Of a stretch of 64,000 nucleotides of DNA, positions 1-9,050 are shown one piece after another. The DNA comes from Alphaproteobacteria bacterium. Lineage in GTDB: Bacteria; Pseudomonadota; Alphaproteobacteria; Rickettsiales; SXRF01. The translations under genes were made by a program, and so were the position numbers. Position 1 is the stretch's first letter; each line of letters begins with the position of its first letter. The notes beneath the pieces are model-generated. The model worked only from the letters and a program-made list of their open reading frames with translations. It was not told the origin of the DNA and ran no database searches. Location: the NCBI GenBank assembly GCA_046344715.1, contig JBKDKX010000009.1, positions 78,463 to 142,462 on the forward strand, read 5' to 3'.

Positions 1-318
1 AATATTACCAACATAGAAAATACCGGTGTACCTAAAATTGCGAAAACCTATCTTATGCAGGATGGTCCAAACAAAGGTAAGGAAAAAGGTGCACACTGGC
101 GTTGGCTGTATACTCACGTATTTAGGCATTTTACAGAGAATGCTGCCCCTGCCATTGCCCTGATAATCATACTGTTATCACTCACATCGTTTGCAATTTT
201 AATGAAAGGCTTCTTTTGCCCTGATTTCGCAACTGCAAAGAAGCTGCCCTGGTATTGCAGCAAGGAAAACATCCGTAATAAGGCTCAGGGCGATACTTTA
301 ATTTTGCCTACACAGTAG
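1..318 (+). CDS. hypothetical membrane protein, 5' end outside the window
   Basis: Frame 1 is open from base 1 to the TAG at 316-318. One hydrophobic span (AAPAIALIIILLSLTSFAIL). No family recognised. Confidence 0.3.
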   Translation, partial: NITNIENTGVPKIAKTYLMQDGPNKGKEKGAHWRWLYTHVFRHFTENAAPAIALIIILLSLTSFAILMKGFFCPDFATAKKLPWYCSKENIRNKAQGDTLILPTQ

Positions 319-327
319 TAGAATTTA

Positions 328-2319
328 ATGCAACATTCTGGCAAATCACCGTTTGTTTCTTTGGCTGGGTATCTCAAAGGTTCTTTGCATGTACCTGGTG
401 ATAAATCCATTTCGCATCGTGCATTGATTATATCCTCCCAGTTATTCGGAAAAACAACGATTAAAGGCTTGCTCGAAGGTGATGATGTGATGAATACCGC
501 CAAAGCTCTGGGGCTGCTTGGCGTTTCCATAACCCGTGATGGTGCAAATAACTGGCTGGTGCATGGCGTTGGTGTTGGCGGGCTTACCGAGAGCCCTTCT
601 GTGCTGGATATGGGCAATTCCGGTACCGCAGCAAGGTTGATGATGGGGCTTGTGACCCCCTATCCTTTTGCCACGTTTTTTATTGGAGATGAAAGTTTAA
701 GCAAGCGGCCGATGGCTCGCGTGATAAAGCCGTTGGAAGAAATAGGCGCAAAATTCACTGCCCATAGTGGTAACCGCCTGCCGCTTACTCTACAAGGCAC
801 AGCTAACCCCAAAGCGATACATTATGAATTACCTGTGGCGTCGGCGCAGGTAAAATCGGCAATCCTTCTGGCCGCCCTGAATGTTCATGGCACTACTACC
901 GTGATCGAATCACACGCGACGCGTGACCATACCGAAAATATGCTGCGCTATCTGGGCTATGGTATCGAGGTAAAACAAGAGCATGGTGCGCATGTAATTT
1001 CCATATCAGGCAAACAAAATATACCAGCGATGGACAGGGAAATTATTGTGCCGTCCGACCCCTCTTCTGCTGCCTTCCCTGCGGTTGCAGCACTTATTTG
1101 TCCTGGATCAGAAATACTGCTCAAAAATATTTGCGTAAATCCTCTCAGGACTGGTTTGTTCACATCACTGCATGAAATGGGTGGCCAGATTGAGTTTATC
1201 AACCAGCGCATGGCATGTGGCGAGCATGTGGCAGATATTCGCGTGTGTTACAGCAAGCTCAAAGGCGCGGTGATTGATGCTAAGCGTGCCCCTTCCATGA
1301 TCGATGAATATCTTATTCTCGCAGTAGCCGCTGCATTCGCCGAGGGCGAGACGGTTATGCATGGCCTTGGCGAATTGCGTGTCAAGGAAAGCGACCGACT
1401 GGCAGCAATCATAGACGGACTTAGTGCTTGTGGTGTAAAGGTATTTGCGGAAGGTGAGTCACTGCATGTGATTGGCACGGGCAAGCCGCCAAAAGGCGGG
1501 GCAACTATCACCACCAATTTTGACCACCGTGTTGCCATGAGTTTCTTGATAATGGGTATGGCGAGCGAGCAGCCAGTCACTATTGATGATGCCGCATCTA
1601 TTCAAACCAGCTTTCCCAATTTTGTAGCTTTGATGAATGGTGCGGGCGCAAAAATATCAGTATCTCACCAGTTGCCAGGCACCAGCCACTATTCACCAAT
1701 CATCATCGCCGTGGATGGTCCGGCGGCATCCGGCAAGGGCACCCTCGCCCGTCGCCTAGCCGAGCATTACGGTTTTGAATATCTCGATACGGGCAGCCTC
1801 TATCGCGCTGTTGGCCTGAAGCTGGTATATGGCGGCAAAGATCCTAATGATAAGGCAGCGGCCATAGAGGCGGCAAAAACCATTGATGCGGATGATCTGG
1901 CAAATCCTCGCCTGCGTCAGGAACGTATTGGGCAGGCTGCATCTATCGTTTCTGCATTTCCTGAAGTGCGCGCCGCATTGCTGGAATACCAGCAGAATTT
2001 TGCCATTGGGCGCAAAGGTGCGGTGCTGGATGGGCGCGATATCGGCACGGTGGTGTGCCCGAATGCTGATTTCAAATTCTTTATCACGGCAACGCTGTAT
2101 ACCCGTGCCAAACGCCGCCATAAAGAGCTGGAAGGTGAAGGTATTGAGGTGGTTTTTGATTCTGTGCTGGAAGATTTGCGTGAGCGTGACGAGCGCGACT
2201 CACAGCGCGCCGCCGCTCCCCTCATCCCAGCGGATGATGCTATTTTAATGGATACCTCAACGCTCGATGCCAGCGAAGTGTTTGAAATGGCGTGCAGGGT
2301 AATCGATGCTAAAGGCTAG
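328..2319 (+). CDS. aroA: fusion of 3-phosphoshikimate 1-carboxyvinyltransferase (AroA) and cytidylate kinase (Cmk)
   Basis: The N-terminal ~445 aa carry AroA hallmarks (LHVPGDKSISHRALI, GNSGTAARLMMG, RVKESDRL). The C-terminal ~210 aa are Cmk (IIAVDGPAASGKGTLARRLA, YLDTGSLYRAV). It is one uninterrupted ORF. Confidence 0.9.
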   Translation: MQHSGKSPFVSLAGYLKGSLHVPGDKSISHRALIISSQLFGKTTIKGLLEGDDVMNTAKALGLLGVSITRDGANNWLVHGVGVGGLTESPSVLDMGNSGTAARLMMGLVTPYPFATFFIGDESLSKRPMARVIKPLEEIGAKFTAHSGNRLPLTLQGTANPKAIHYELPVASAQVKSAILLAALNVHGTTTVIESHATRDHTENMLRYLGYGIEVKQEHGAHVISISGKQNIPAMDREIIVPSDPSSAAFPAVAALICPGSEILLKNICVNPLRTGLFTSLHEMGGQIEFINQRMACGEHVADIRVCYSKLKGAVIDAKRAPSMIDEYLILAVAAAFAEGETVMHGLGELRVKESDRLAAIIDGLSACGVKVFAEGESLHVIGTGKPPKGGATITTNFDHRVAMSFLIMGMASEQPVTIDDAASIQTSFPNFVALMNGAGAKISVSHQLPGTSHYSPIIIAVDGPAASGKGTLARRLAEHYGFEYLDTGSLYRAVGLKLVYGGKDPNDKAAAIEAAKTIDADDLANPRLRQERIGQAASIVSAFPEVRAALLEYQQNFAIGRKGAVLDGRDIGTVVCPNADFKFFITATLYTRAKRRHKELEGEGIEVVFDSVLEDLRERDERDSQRAAAPLIPADDAILMDTSTLDASEVFEMACRVIDAKG

Positions 2320-2325
2320 TAGATT

Positions 2326-2631
2326 TTACCAGGTGCAGGTACATATACCTTCGCTACTAGACACTTGAGTCAGCGCACAGCCCTCTCCCCCGCGTCTCCT
2401 GATGATTTCATCAAGCTTTATACAGGTAGTGCTCTGATTGGTAGCTGCACCATCATCTAGCGGCTTACCGCCCCCTGTTAATGGATGAACATCATACACC
2501 GGAAATACATGAGTCCGACCACCACTTCCGGCAGTGGCATCAGTAGCGGCTAAACTGTTGTTAAAAGCAATAAGGCCAATTACACTACCAAAAAGGATTG
2601 CTTTAATTTTAGAACTCATAAGATGCTCCAA
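2326..2631 (-). CDS. small secreted Cys-containing protein of unknown function
   Basis: Signal-peptide-like N-terminus (MSSKIKAILFGSVIGLIAFNNSLA). Four Cys in the C-terminal third, ending CTCTW. No family recognised. Confidence 0.4.
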   Translation of the reverse strand: MEHLMSSKIKAILFGSVIGLIAFNNSLAATDATAGSGGRTHVFPVYDVHPLTGGGKPLDDGAATNQSTTCIKLDEIIRRRGGEGCALTQVSSSEGICTCTW

Positions 2632-2687
2632 TATTAATATTAATAATCAGAGTATTACCTGATTTCCCTGATTGTACCAAAATCAGA

Positions 2688-2731
2688 TGACAGATTGATG
2701 ACGTTTCCATGACATTTCAGTGACGTTTTTG
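2688..2731. promoter_or_regulatory. four phased 11-bp repeats, each starting TGAC[A/G]
   Basis: TGAC begins at 2688, 2699, 2710 and 2721, an exact 11-bp period: TGACAGATTGA TGACGTTTCCA TGACATTTCAG TGACGTTTTTG. Located in the intergenic region upstream of the 101-aa minus-strand ORF. Confidence 0.35.
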
Positions 2732-2860
2732 CACTAGACTCCATTGGATCTATGGATAGAAAATATTCTAAAAACACTTGATTTCCGCCTATTTATGAGT
2801 ACAACTAGCCCCCTATTTAACCATAGACTGGGTTGTCCAGCTTGCAACCCATTTAATACC

Positions 2861-2943
2861 GTCATTGCGAGGAGCGATGCGACGAAGCAATCCAGAAGCG
2901 ATAAGCTCTGGATCGCCACGCGGCTAAAGCCGCTCGCGATGAC
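2861..2943. repeat. palindromic MITE-like element, family A
   Basis: Terminal inverted repeats GTCATTGCGAG / CTCGCGATGAC with internal self-complementary segments. A truncated second copy lies at 36360-36377. Two spurious track ORFs run through it. Confidence 0.7.
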
Positions 2944-3023
2944 GTTTTGTGTAAACCCGAAATGACTAGCTGGCATTTCACAACTCCTCGGCTGTGTCAG
3001 CCGCGCAAATAAGGAATGGCAGC

Positions 3024-4778
3024 ATGACCGAAGAAAACAGGAAAAATATGGCTAAAAGTGCAGCAGCGTTTGCTAATATCGAAGTAGAAGATTTTGGCGC
3101 GTTATTTGAAGAATCAGTAAAAGAATCCGGCAAAAACGAAGGTTCCGTTGTAACCGGTGTGGTTGTTGCGATTGAAAAAGATGTTGTTATCGTTGATGTG
3201 GGCATGAAGTCTGAAGGCCGCATCCCACTTCGTGAATTCGCAGTAAATGGTGTAACTCCAGAACTTCGCGCTGGCGATGAAGTGGAAGTATTCTTAGAAA
3301 AAATTGAAAATAAAAATGGCGAAGCCATACTTTCGCGCGAGAAAGCACTGCGCGAAGAAGCATGGTTCAAGCTCGAAAAAGCCTGTGCTAAAAACGAACG
3401 CGTTGAAGGCGTTATCTTTGGCCGCGTTAAAGGTGGTTTCACGGTGGATATTCAGGGCGCAGTTGCGTTCCTGCCTGGTTCACAGGTGGATATACGCCCC
3501 GTGCGTGATGTTGGCCCTCTCATGAATGTGCCACAGCCATTCCAGATTCTGAAAATGGACAGGAAGCGTGGCAACATCGTTGTGTCTCGCCGTGCGATTC
3601 TTGAAGAATCACGTGTTGAACAGCGCGATCATCTGCTTTCTAAAATTGCTGAAGGTCAGGTGCTCGACGGTATGGTAAAAAACATTACCGATTACGGTGC
3701 GTTCATCGACATGGGTGGTATTGACGGCCTCCTCCACGTTACCGATATTTCTTGGCGCCGTATCAGCCATCCATCGGAAGTGCTGAGCCTTGGCCAGACC
3801 ATTAAGGTAATTGTGACTAAGTTTGATCAGAACACCAAGCGCGTGTCGCTTGGCATGAAGCAGCTTGAAAGCAATCCTTGGCAGGGTGCTGATGTGAAAT
3901 ATCAGGTGGGCACCAAACTCTCTGGTAAAATCACCAACATTACCGATTACGGTGCATTTGTTGAGCTTGAGCCAGGCATTGAAGGCCTCGTGCATGTATC
4001 TGAAATTTCATGGGTGAAGAAAAACGCGCATCCTTCCAAACTTGTTTCTGTAAGCCAGGAAGTGAATGTGGTGGTGCTGGATATTGATGCTTCCAAACAC
4101 CGTATATCTCTTGGCATGAAGCAATGCGAAGAAAACCCATGGGCTAAATACTCTACCAAAGTAAATGTGGGCGATGTGATTGAAGGCGAAATCCGCAACA
4201 TTACGGATTTCGGTTTGTTCATTGCGCTGGATAGCGAAATTGACGGCCTCATTCACCACTCTGACCTGAGCTGGTCTGAAGCTGGTGATGTTGCAATCAA
4301 AAACTACAAAAAGGGCGATGTGATTAAAGCAAAAATCCTCGCGATGGATGTAGAAAAAGAACGCATCAGCTTAGGTGTGAAGCAGCTTGAGAATGATCCA
4401 TTTGAATCTGAATTCGATGGCATCAAAAAAGGCGCGGTCATGACCTGCACCGTGTCTGAAGTGAATGATGATGGCATCACTGTAAAAGTAACGGACAACA
4501 TCAACAGCTTCATCAAGAAGAGTGAACTTGCGCGTGAACGTCAGGAACAGCGTCCTGATCGCTTTGCAGTAGGTGACCGTGTGGATGTGAAAATTACCAC
4601 GCTGGATATGGCATCACGCAAAGTTGGTGCGTCTATTAAAGCACTTGAAGCCGATGAACATAAAAAAGCGATTGCTGAATATGGTTCGACGGACAGCGGC
4701 GCATCTCTCGGTGACATTCTTGGCGCAGCCCTGAATGAAGCAAAAGAGAAGCCAGCGAAAAAAAGCAAAAAAGGATAA
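3024..4778 (+). CDS. rpsA: 30S ribosomal protein S1
   Basis: Six S1-domain repeats (G.V..I..YGAF(V/I)D..G..GL.H.S(E/D)). Start is ambiguous among 2994, 3024 and 3048; both ATGs have AGGA-like sites upstream. Confidence 0.95.
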   Translation: MTEENRKNMAKSAAAFANIEVEDFGALFEESVKESGKNEGSVVTGVVVAIEKDVVIVDVGMKSEGRIPLREFAVNGVTPELRAGDEVEVFLEKIENKNGEAILSREKALREEAWFKLEKACAKNERVEGVIFGRVKGGFTVDIQGAVAFLPGSQVDIRPVRDVGPLMNVPQPFQILKMDRKRGNIVVSRRAILEESRVEQRDHLLSKIAEGQVLDGMVKNITDYGAFIDMGGIDGLLHVTDISWRRISHPSEVLSLGQTIKVIVTKFDQNTKRVSLGMKQLESNPWQGADVKYQVGTKLSGKITNITDYGAFVELEPGIEGLVHVSEISWVKKNAHPSKLVSVSQEVNVVVLDIDASKHRISLGMKQCEENPWAKYSTKVNVGDVIEGEIRNITDFGLFIALDSEIDGLIHHSDLSWSEAGDVAIKNYKKGDVIKAKILAMDVEKERISLGVKQLENDPFESEFDGIKKGAVMTCTVSEVNDDGITVKVTDNINSFIKKSELARERQEQRPDRFAVGDRVDVKITTLDMASRKVGASIKALEADEHKKAIAEYGSTDSGASLGDILGAALNEAKEKPAKKSKKG

Positions 4779-4779
4779 A

Positions 4780-4846
4780 GTGATTGTGGCAGTGGTGGTG
4801 GTAGTGTAAAAAGTACTTACACAATCACCACCACAACCACTACCAC
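4780..4846 (+). other. long imperfect stem-loop between rpsA and sppA
   Basis: Arms 4780-4809 and 4817-4846. 25 of 30 positions can pair (one as G-U), with a 7-nt loop. GGT/ACC-rich, no U-run. It ends 2 nt before the sppA ATG. Confidence 0.5.
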
Positions 4847-4848
4847 CT

Positions 4849-5766
4849 ATGGCCATCAACGCAGATACCCTCCTTGACCGTTTATATCTCAAAGCACAAA
4901 TTGCGCGCTGGCGGTTGCTTGCAATAGCTTTCGGCGTTCTCGCCCTCATTATTTTTTTCGATAAAAACTCTCTGCATTCGCCTATCGAGGGTGATTTTAT
5001 TGCGCGCCTTACCTTTGATCAGATAGTACTGGATGATCAGCGCATTTATGAGTTAATTGACGATGTGGCGAGCAACCCGCGCGCAAAGGCAGTGGTGGTA
5101 TGGCTGGATACCCCAGGCGGTAGTGCGGTGGCTGGTGAAGAAATTTACCTGCGTCTGCGCGAACTTTCCAAAGAAAAGCCGGTGATAGCGGTAATGCGCT
5201 CTGTAGCGGCGTCTGCTGGGTATATGATTGCTCTTGGCGCAGACCATATCATTGCACGTGAAGGTACCATTACCGGATCAATTGGCGTACTTATGGAAAG
5301 TTTTGAGGTCACGGAATTGGCTGAAAAAATAGGGGTAAAACCGGTTATTATCAAAACCGCTCCTCTTAAGGCTTCTCCCAACCCACTTGAAAAGACTACC
5401 CCTGAGGCTGAGCGCGTGATTCAGGAGGTCATCGATGATTTTTATGGTCGTTTTGTAGAAATGGTGGCTGAAAGACGCAAACTGCCCAAAGAAAGAGCAC
5501 TTTCGCTGGCGGATGGCCGGGTATATAGCGGTAAAAGAGCCCTGGAATATAAACTGATTGACGCTATCGGTGGTGAGCAGGAGGCCATGGTATGGCTTAC
5601 CGAGCAAAAGAAAATAAAGCCGGATCTGGATATAAAAGATATCAAAATAGAAGAGGAATTGGGCTTTTTTGACCAATTAGCCGAATCTACAAGCAAAATA
5701 TTTTTCAATTCTAAGAGCATAGGGCTTGACGGGATGGCCGCCATATGGCATCCTGACATGCATTAA
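4849..5766 (+). CDS. sppA: signal peptide peptidase SppA, 36K type
   Basis: N-terminal TM helix and ClpP/crotonase-like core (VVVWLDTPGGSAVAGEEIY, SVAASAGYMIALGADHI, GSIGV). Confidence 0.85.
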   Translation: MAINADTLLDRLYLKAQIARWRLLAIAFGVLALIIFFDKNSLHSPIEGDFIARLTFDQIVLDDQRIYELIDDVASNPRAKAVVVWLDTPGGSAVAGEEIYLRLRELSKEKPVIAVMRSVAASAGYMIALGADHIIAREGTITGSIGVLMESFEVTELAEKIGVKPVIIKTAPLKASPNPLEKTTPEAERVIQEVIDDFYGRFVEMVAERRKLPKERALSLADGRVYSGKRALEYKLIDAIGGEQEAMVWLTEQKKIKPDLDIKDIKIEEELGFFDQLAESTSKIFFNSKSIGLDGMAAIWHPDMH

Positions 5767-5784
5767 TCCTTTTACTTCAAGGGC

Positions 5785-6093
5785 ATGTCTATGACGAAAT
5801 CTGAACTTATCCTGAGGCTTTCAAAACGTTACCCACATCTTTACCAGCGCGACATTGAAACGCTGGTGAATACCATTTTTGATGATATTTCAGAAACCCT
5901 TGTAGGCGGTGGCCGCGTTGAGCTTCGTGGGTTTGGCGCGTTTTCTATCCGCAAGCGCGAAGCACGCAAAGCCCGTAATCCTAAGAATGGTCAGGAAGTA
6001 AGTATCGGTGAGCGCTTTGCAATTTATTTCCGCACGGGTAAAGAGCTGCGCGAGCGCATCAATAAGCCCTCTGTCATCGTTCGTCACCAGTAA
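5785..6093 (+). CDS. ihfB: integration host factor beta subunit
   Basis: HU/IHF fold motifs (MTKSELI, RVELRGFGAFSIRKREARKARNPKNGQEV). Confidence 0.9.
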   Translation: MSMTKSELILRLSKRYPHLYQRDIETLVNTIFDDISETLVGGGRVELRGFGAFSIRKREARKARNPKNGQEVSIGERFAIYFRTGKELRERINKPSVIVRHQ

Positions 6094-6101
6094 TTAAGCA
6101 A

Positions 6102-6446
6102 TTGTTTTCTAAAGCAGCACGCACAGTAAAACTGGTGTTTGTTACCCTGTTTGCGTTGGCTTTTATTGTATTTGCCGCCAGCAACCATACGCTGGTTACC
6201 ATTAGCTTGTTTCCTCTCTCTTATGCGATTGATTTGCCTCTGTTTCTGCTGGTAATGCTGTGCATTATCGTTGGTGTGCTTATCAGTATTGTAGTCATAA
6301 GCGGCCGCTTTACCCGACTCAGGCACCAGTATGTTTCAGAAAAGAAGCGTGCTCTCACCTTTGAAACAGAGCTTAAGGCACTCAAGGCTAAAAATACATC
6401 CATCAGCACATTGCCTGAGCTTGCCGCCAATGACAGTGCGCGTTAA
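6102..6446 (+). CDS. LapA/DUF1049-like inner membrane protein
   Basis: Two TM helices followed by a short coiled tail. Sits between ihfB and trpF, as this family commonly does in alphaproteobacteria. Confidence 0.6.
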   Translation: MFSKAARTVKLVFVTLFALAFIVFAASNHTLVTISLFPLSYAIDLPLFLLVMLCIIVGVLISIVVISGRFTRLRHQYVSEKKRALTFETELKALKAKNTSISTLPELAANDSAR

Positions 6447-7059
6447 AATCTGTGGCTTGAAGGATACAAAAAACCTTCAGGTAGCCATTGATGCAGGTGC
6501 TGATTTTGTTGGGTTCGTAGATTACCCTAAATCACCACGCCATATTACACAGCCGGATATTGCCAAATTGATTGCAGTTATTCCCGCTAATGTCGCGTCT
6601 GTTGTGGTTACGGTGAACCCAGCAAATAGCTGGCTAGAGCAGATACATTTTCCTGTTAGTTATATCCAGCTGCATGGCGATGAATCGCCCGAGCGTGTGC
6701 GAGAAATACGTAACCGATTAGTAGGCACCAAAATAATTAAAGCCATTTCTGTAGAGAATGCTGAAGATATTGCAAGCGCTTCAGATTATGCGAATGTTGC
6801 GGATATAATATTGTTTGATACCAAAGTACCAAACCAACATGGAGGAAGCGGCATCGCCTTTGATTGGTCATTACTTAAAGAAAAACATATTGCCTTGCCA
6901 TGGATGCTTTCCGGTGGGCTGAATGTTGGTAACATCAAAGAAGCAATTTTACAAACGGGTGCTGCAATAGTTGATGTATCTTCTGGTGTTGAAACCGCGC
7001 CGGGTGTAAAAGATGCGGCATTGATAAAGCAATTTATTGAAGCGGCAAAAAACGTATGA
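6430..7059 (+). CDS. trpF: phosphoribosylanthranilate isomerase
   Basis: [10 protein letters not shown] start at 6430. The track ORF from 6331 overlaps the upstream gene. TrpF motifs present (VKICG, DFVGFV, QLHGDE, LSGGL). Confidence 0.9.
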   Translation: MTVRVKICGLKDTKNLQVAIDAGADFVGFVDYPKSPRHITQPDIAKLIAVIPANVASVVVTVNPANSWLEQIHFPVSYIQLHGDESPERVREIRNRLVGTKIIKAISVENAEDIASASDYANVADIILFDTKVPNQHGGSGIAFDWSLLKEKHIALPWMLSGGLNVGNIKEAILQTGAAIVDVSSGVETAPGVKDAALIKQFIEAAKNV

Positions 7060-8258
7060 AACTGAACCTTGCAGGCCCGGATGCAAACGGCCATTTTGGC
7101 CATTATGGTGGCCGATATGTGTCGGAAACCCTAATGCCTTTGATTCTTGAGGTTGAAAAAGCCTATAATATTGCTAAGCAAGACCCGCAGTTCAAAAAAG
7201 AACTGGATTATTATTTTTCTGATTATATTGGCCGCCCCAGCCCGCTGTATTATGCCTCGCGCCTTACTCAGCATTGCAAGGGCGCAAAAATATATTTCAA
7301 GCGCGATGAGCTGAACCATACCGGCGCGCATAAAATCAATAACTGTATTGGCCAGATTTTGCTCGCAAAGCGTATGGGTAAAAAGCGCATCATCGCAGAA
7401 ACAGGTGCTGGTCAGCATGGCGTGGCCACGGCAACTGTGTGTGCCCTGTTCGGTCTTGAGTGCGTAATTTACATGGGCGCTAAGGATATTGAGCGCCAAT
7501 CACCCAACGTGTTCCGCATGAAGCTTCTTGGTGCCGAGGTGCGTCCGGTTGAGGCAGGATCAAAATCACTGAAAGACGCGATGAATGAAGCATTGCGTGA
7601 TTGGGTAACTAACGTGGATAACACGTATTACCTCATAGGAACAGCAGCAGGCCCGCACCCCTTTCCTGAAATGGTGCGTGATTTCCAGACCATCATTGGC
7701 CGTGAAGTGCGCGAGCAAATGCAAAAAGTAGAAGGCCGCCTGCCTGATACGCTGGTTGCCAGTATCGGCGGTGGATCAAATGCAATTGGACTGTTCCATC
7801 CATTTATTGCGGATGAGCAGGTGAATATGATTGGCGTGGAAGCCGCAGGCAAAGGCCTTGCGTCTGGTGAACATGCAGCATCTATTTCTCAAGGAAAGCC
7901 TGGGGTATTGCATGGTTGCCGTAGCTACCTGCTGCAAGATGATGATGGGCAAATTAAAGAGGCACATTCTATTTCCGCCGGCCTTGATTATCCGGGTATT
8001 GGTCCGGAACATGCGTTGCTGAACGATAGTAAGCGCGTAAATTATGTAAGTGTTACAGACGATGAAGCATTAGAGGCCTTCCAGCTGGTTTCAAAACTTG
8101 AAGGCATTATTCCTGCACTCGAGCCAGCCCACGCGTTAGCGCATGTGTTGAAAATTGCCCCAAGCCTTCCTGCCAATCATTTGATGGTGCTTAATGTGTG
8201 CGGCCGCGGCGATAAGGACATATTCACCGTGGCGCGTGCGCTGGGGGTGACACTGTGA
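7056..8258 (+). CDS. trpB: tryptophan synthase beta chain
   Basis: [19 protein letters not shown] and GGGSNAIG motifs. 4-nt overlap with trpF. Confidence 0.97.
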   Translation: MKLNLAGPDANGHFGHYGGRYVSETLMPLILEVEKAYNIAKQDPQFKKELDYYFSDYIGRPSPLYYASRLTQHCKGAKIYFKRDELNHTGAHKINNCIGQILLAKRMGKKRIIAETGAGQHGVATATVCALFGLECVIYMGAKDIERQSPNVFRMKLLGAEVRPVEAGSKSLKDAMNEALRDWVTNVDNTYYLIGTAAGPHPFPEMVRDFQTIIGREVREQMQKVEGRLPDTLVASIGGGSNAIGLFHPFIADEQVNMIGVEAAGKGLASGEHAASISQGKPGVLHGCRSYLLQDDDGQIKEAHSISAGLDYPGIGPEHALLNDSKRVNYVSVTDDEALEAFQLVSKLEGIIPALEPAHALAHVLKIAPSLPANHLMVLNVCGRGDKDIFTVARALGVTL

Positions 8259-9049
8259 CGCTAAGAATTAAACAAATATTTGAAGCTGCAAAATCACAGA
8301 ACCGTGCCGCACTTATCACTTTTATCATGGGAGGTGATCCGGATTTGCAAACCACCGGCGCGCTGTTGGAAGCATTGCCACAGGCAGGTGCGGATATTAT
8401 AGAAATTGGCATTCCTTTCTCTGACCCCATGGCCGATGGCCCTGTGATTGAAGCGGCAGGCAAACGTGCCATCAGCAAAGGTACAACGCTTAAAAAAATA
8501 TTGCATACCGTGCAGCAATTCCGTACCGCGAATAATGCAACGCCTATAATTTTGATGGGGTATTACAACCCCATATACCGTTACGGCGTACAGAAATTCT
8601 GTAAAGATGCGGGTGCCGCTGGTGTTGATGGGCTGATTATTGTGGATCTGCCACCGGAAGAAGAGCGCGAAATAACGCCGCATCTGGAGCAGAATGGTCT
8701 CTGCCTTGTTCGCCTGATTGCTCCAACCAGCAATGATGAACGCGTAAAGAAAATTACCGCCTCTGCTAGTGGTTTTGTGTATTATATTTCTGTTACCGGT
8801 GTCACGGGTGCGGCAACTGCAAGCAGTATTGATCTCGCTGCAAAACTGGAGGCCTTACATAAAGATATTGCCCTGCCTATTGCTGTTGGCTTCGGTATTA
8901 AAACTGCTCAGCAAGTAAAAGAGGCAGCAAAACATGCCGATGCGGTGGTGGTTGGCTCTGCGCTGGTGAATGTAATAGCGGAAAGCAAAAACCCAGTTCA
9001 GGCAGCAGGTGCATTTGTAATGCAACTTGCTGCCGGTCTTTCACGCTGA
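8255..9049 (+). CDS. trpA: tryptophan synthase alpha chain
   Basis: [17 protein letters not shown] and [10 protein letters not shown] motifs. 4-nt overlap with trpB. Confidence 0.95.
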   Translation: MTLRIKQIFEAAKSQNRAALITFIMGGDPDLQTTGALLEALPQAGADIIEIGIPFSDPMADGPVIEAAGKRAISKGTTLKKILHTVQQFRTANNATPIILMGYYNPIYRYGVQKFCKDAGAAGVDGLIIVDLPPEEEREITPHLEQNGLCLVRLIAPTSNDERVKKITASASGFVYYISVTGVTGAATASSIDLAAKLEALHKDIALPIAVGFGIKTAQQVKEAAKHADAVVVGSALVNVIAESKNPVQAAGAFVMQLAAGLSR

Positions 9050-9050
9050 G

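Noticed and set aside
2734-2976. 80-aa and 73-aa ORFs on opposite strands upstream of rpsA
   Set aside because: They run through the family A palindromic element (VIARSDATKQS-type peptide) and are artefacts of the repeat, not genes.
3304-4949. Numerous 60-130-aa ORFs antisense or out of frame within rpsA (similarly within aroA, addA, addB, virB4, cheA, mcp, secD and ugd)
   Set aside because: They are fully nested in strongly supported genes, have low-complexity or Cys/Arg-rich composition, and show no start context. These are typical shadow ORFs.
6331-6429. 33-codon upstream extension of trpF
   Set aside because: It overlaps the LapA-like gene in another frame. TrpF homology begins at [10 protein letters not shown].
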